Assembly (NCBI RefSeq): GCF_037042905.1
Contig: NC_087245.1
Coordinates: 24,244,001-24,308,000, forward strand
DNA length: 64,000 nucleotides
Direction: 5' to 3'
Source: Lytechinus pictus
Lineage: Eukaryota
Part shown: positions 61,106 to 64,000 of the stretch, one piece after another
Position numbering within the stretch: position 1 is the stretch's first letter
Layout of the letters: each line of letters begins with the position of its first letter
The notes under the pieces: model-generated
Seen by the model: only the letters and a program-made list of their open reading frames with translations
Told to the model about the DNA's origin: nothing
The model's database searches: none
Program-made: the position numbers and the translations under genes

Positions 61106-62954
61106 AGGTTAAGTCCACCCCATAAAAATGTTGATTTGAATCAATAGAGACAAATCAATCGAGTACAACAATGACAATTTTATCAAAATCGGATGTAAAT
61201 AAAGAAAATAATGACATTTAAAAATTTGCTTAATTTTTTACAAAACTATATACATGTATGCCCAACTATGCCCACTATGCACTACAAATCGGACGCATCA
61301 ACAATGGTACGCTATAGGCTTCACGATCTGACATGAGAGTTGGTACATCATGTAACAAATTATTATTTGTATCCAAAAATAATTATGTAATCAACAAAAT
61401 TTAAAGATCTCCGTCCTCTCGTTTGATGAGGGAGGCGCGAACAAAAGTACATCAGAAATAACTTCCTTCTCACAGTGACCAGCAAATCTCATACTACCGT
61501 GGTGGAGATAGGTGGGTGGTCTTCATAAATTTCATCTTTTGTTTTGTGATCTCTCCGAGTAATATTTTGTACCCTCATTAAAAGTCAAATCCACCTCGTA
61601 AAAATATTGATTTGAATCAATAGAGAATAATCAGATAAGCGCAACGGTGAAAATTTCATCAAAATCGGATGTAAAATAAAAAGTTATGACATTTTAAATT
61701 CGCTTATTTTTCACAAAATAGTTATATGCACAATTTAGTCACATGCGAATGAGAGAATCGATAATGTCCCTGACTCACTATTTCTTTTCGTTTTTGTTTG
61801 AATTAAACAATATTTCAATTTTTACAGATTTGACAATAAGAACCAATTTGAAAGAACCATAAATTGTTAAACAATGGTAATTCCACATGTTCAGGGAGAA
61901 ATAAAAATTTGGTTTCACAGGACAATGAGGAAAAAATAAGAATATTTCATATTTTATATAATAAAATACAAAAGAAATAGTGAGTGAGTTGATGTCATCG
62001 ATTCCCTCATTTGCATACCGACCGGGATATGCATATAACTGTTTTGTGAAATTAAGCGAAACTTAAAAATGTCATAACTTTCTTATTTTACATCCGATTT
62101 TGATGATTTTTTTAAGTGTTATGCTTGATGGATTTTTCTCTTTCCATTCAAATCAACTTTTTATTAGGGTGAACTTGTCCTTTAAAGGTTGAGTATGTGT
62201 GCCATCTAGTCTATCTTTTCAGGACTTCTTGCATTCCATGCAAGAGCTTTCCTAAATAGAAAGTCTTTTCTTGAGTCGCATATGACATATGAACCTAAAT
62301 ACACTTGTTTGAGCTTGACCCCTTTCCTTCATTGATGCATGAGCATTAGTTCCATTAAGTCATGTACTCGGTCTTTTGGGAATTCAAGTAGAGGCCAAAC
62401 TTTGCAAATGCATCCTCTACTGCAAAAAGCAGTTCTTGTGCATCCTTCAAAAGAGCAGTAGTCAAAAACATGTGTGTTGGTCCCTACTAGTAGACATAGG
62501 TTTGACGTCCTTTTGTTCACACAGAATCTAGTTAATCTAGTGAATGCACAATTCAGTGATATGCAAATGAGAGAGTCAATGTCTCGATGATGTCCCTCAT
62601 TAATTATTTCTTCTTTTTTTTTATTGTTTAAATTATACCGTGTTTCAATTTTACATATTTGATAATAGGGACAAACTAGACTGAACCATTAAATCTTAAA
62701 ACAATAGAAATTAAATATGTTCAGGGAGGAATAAAACACAGGACAATGAGGTGAAAATCAGAATGAGTGGGTAACGACATCAGTCCCCTCGTTTGCATAC
62801 CGACCAGAGTGTTTATATAATTTTCTGTGAAATTATTAAAGTAAAACGTTCAAATGTCACATCTTTCTTATTTTACACCCGATTTTTAATGAAATTTTGG
62901 ACTTCTTTTTTTTATTCAGTCAAATCAACTTTTCCGTGGGGGTGGATTTGTCCA
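61106..62954. mobile_element. Kolobok-like MITE interrupted by unrelated sequence that holds a second Kolobok-like copy (61582-62181)
   Basis: Two TTAA-flanked left ends (61106, 61582) and two right ends (62181, 62954). Confidence 0.65.
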
Positions 62955-62994
62955 TTAAGTTTAAGATTAAAATTATTTACGCGCGTACAGTTAA

Positions 62995-63863
62995 AACAAG
63001 TGGAGCTCATGGGGCAGTCTCCCCTGCATTACGCGATTCAAAATAGCAACAGCGCTGACTTTGAAAAAGACAATGGAATATTTATTCACTAAAGACATCA
63101 TTAATATGATGATAAAATACTATGTTCACTGACCCTAAATGACATTTGACCGTGATCTTGTGGCCTGACTTATGCAAGATGGTTAGTGATTCTTGATTAC
63201 CCTTATAAACAAATATAAGTCTACAAAAAAACTTTCAAAGTTATGATGGCAATTAAAATAATATCTCCAAAATGGCCAAAGTTCATTGACTTTAAATGAC
63301 CTTTAATTGGCCTTGGTCATGTGACCTGAAACTCAAGCAGCATGTTCATTGCTACTTGACTACTCTTATGTCACAGTTTCATGAACTAGATCTATATACT
63401 TTCAAAGGTTTGACATTTAAAAAAACTTAACCTTGGTAAAGATTTCATTTTGATTCCCCAAAAGAATCTAAGTTCATTGACCCTAAATGGCCTTTGACTT
63501 TGGTCATGAGACCTGAAAATTAAGCAAGATATGCATTGCTACTTGATTACTCTAATGTCCAAGTTTCATAAACTAGATCCACAAACTTCCAAAGTTATGA
63601 GGACATTTCAACAAACACCCCCCAACATGGTCAAAGTTCATTGACCCTAAATGACCTTGGACCTTGGTCATGTGACCTAAAATCATGCAGAATTTTAGGA
63701 ATACTTGATTACCCTTTTGTCAAAGTTTAATAAACTTTGTCCATATGCTTTTTAAAGTTTGATGACATTTCAAAAACTTAACCTTAAGATTTCGATGTTG
63801 ACGCCGCCGCCGTCGCAAAAGAGGAGCCTAGTCTCGCTCTGCTAAGCAGGTCATACAAAAAAA
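62995..63863 (-). mobile_element. HINE-like element (family of 46958-48150)
   Basis: Begins aacaagtggagc, contains tgaccttggtcatgtgacctgaaa repeats, and ends agtctcgctctgcta..caaaaaaa. Confidence 0.75.
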
Positions 63864-64000
63864 GGGGTGGGTAAACGGGATAATAAGAAATTCACCGCAT
63901 ATAGCAAGCCTATATGCATAAGCCAATATTTTAATTCTTAGTCCAATTTACAACATATATCTCACATGTGTAAGATCCAGTACTAGGAGGCCTTTCAAAA

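Noticed and set aside
61262..62545. Possible DIRS/retroelement coding remnant inside the Kolobok-like element
   Set aside because: I could not recover a recognisable protein motif in any frame, so it is left unclassified.

Overview
AT-rich, intron-containing animal genomic DNA. The repeat landscape suggests an invertebrate deuterostome, probably a sea urchin (inference only). Most of the window is non-autonomous DNA transposons, Helentron-type elements, SINEs and tandem arrays, often nested. The main result is a 10-exon minus-strand gene that I spliced by hand: complement(join(30171..30243, 20050..20352, 19326..19682, 17235..17384, 11415..11495, 10915..11073, 9534..9695, 5241..5325, 2099..2166, 537..787)), 1689 nt, 562 aa. 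All introns are GT-AG and every junction is phase-compatible. It encodes signal peptide - Ig V-type domain - Ig C-type domain - single transmembrane helix with an RRKKK stop-transfer - cytoplasmic P-loop GTPase resembling IFI44/IFI44L. This amounts to a putative cell-surface Ig receptor directly fused to an interferon-induced-type GTPase, an architecture I do not recognise from described proteins. A second candidate signal-peptide first exon lies at 26927..26993, and both first exons are preceded by the same AAGGTCAAAGG + kB-site module. The last two exons of a tandem paralog lie at 60274..60341 and 58825..59219, with the rest beyond the window end. No database searches were run; family assignments come from motif recognition.
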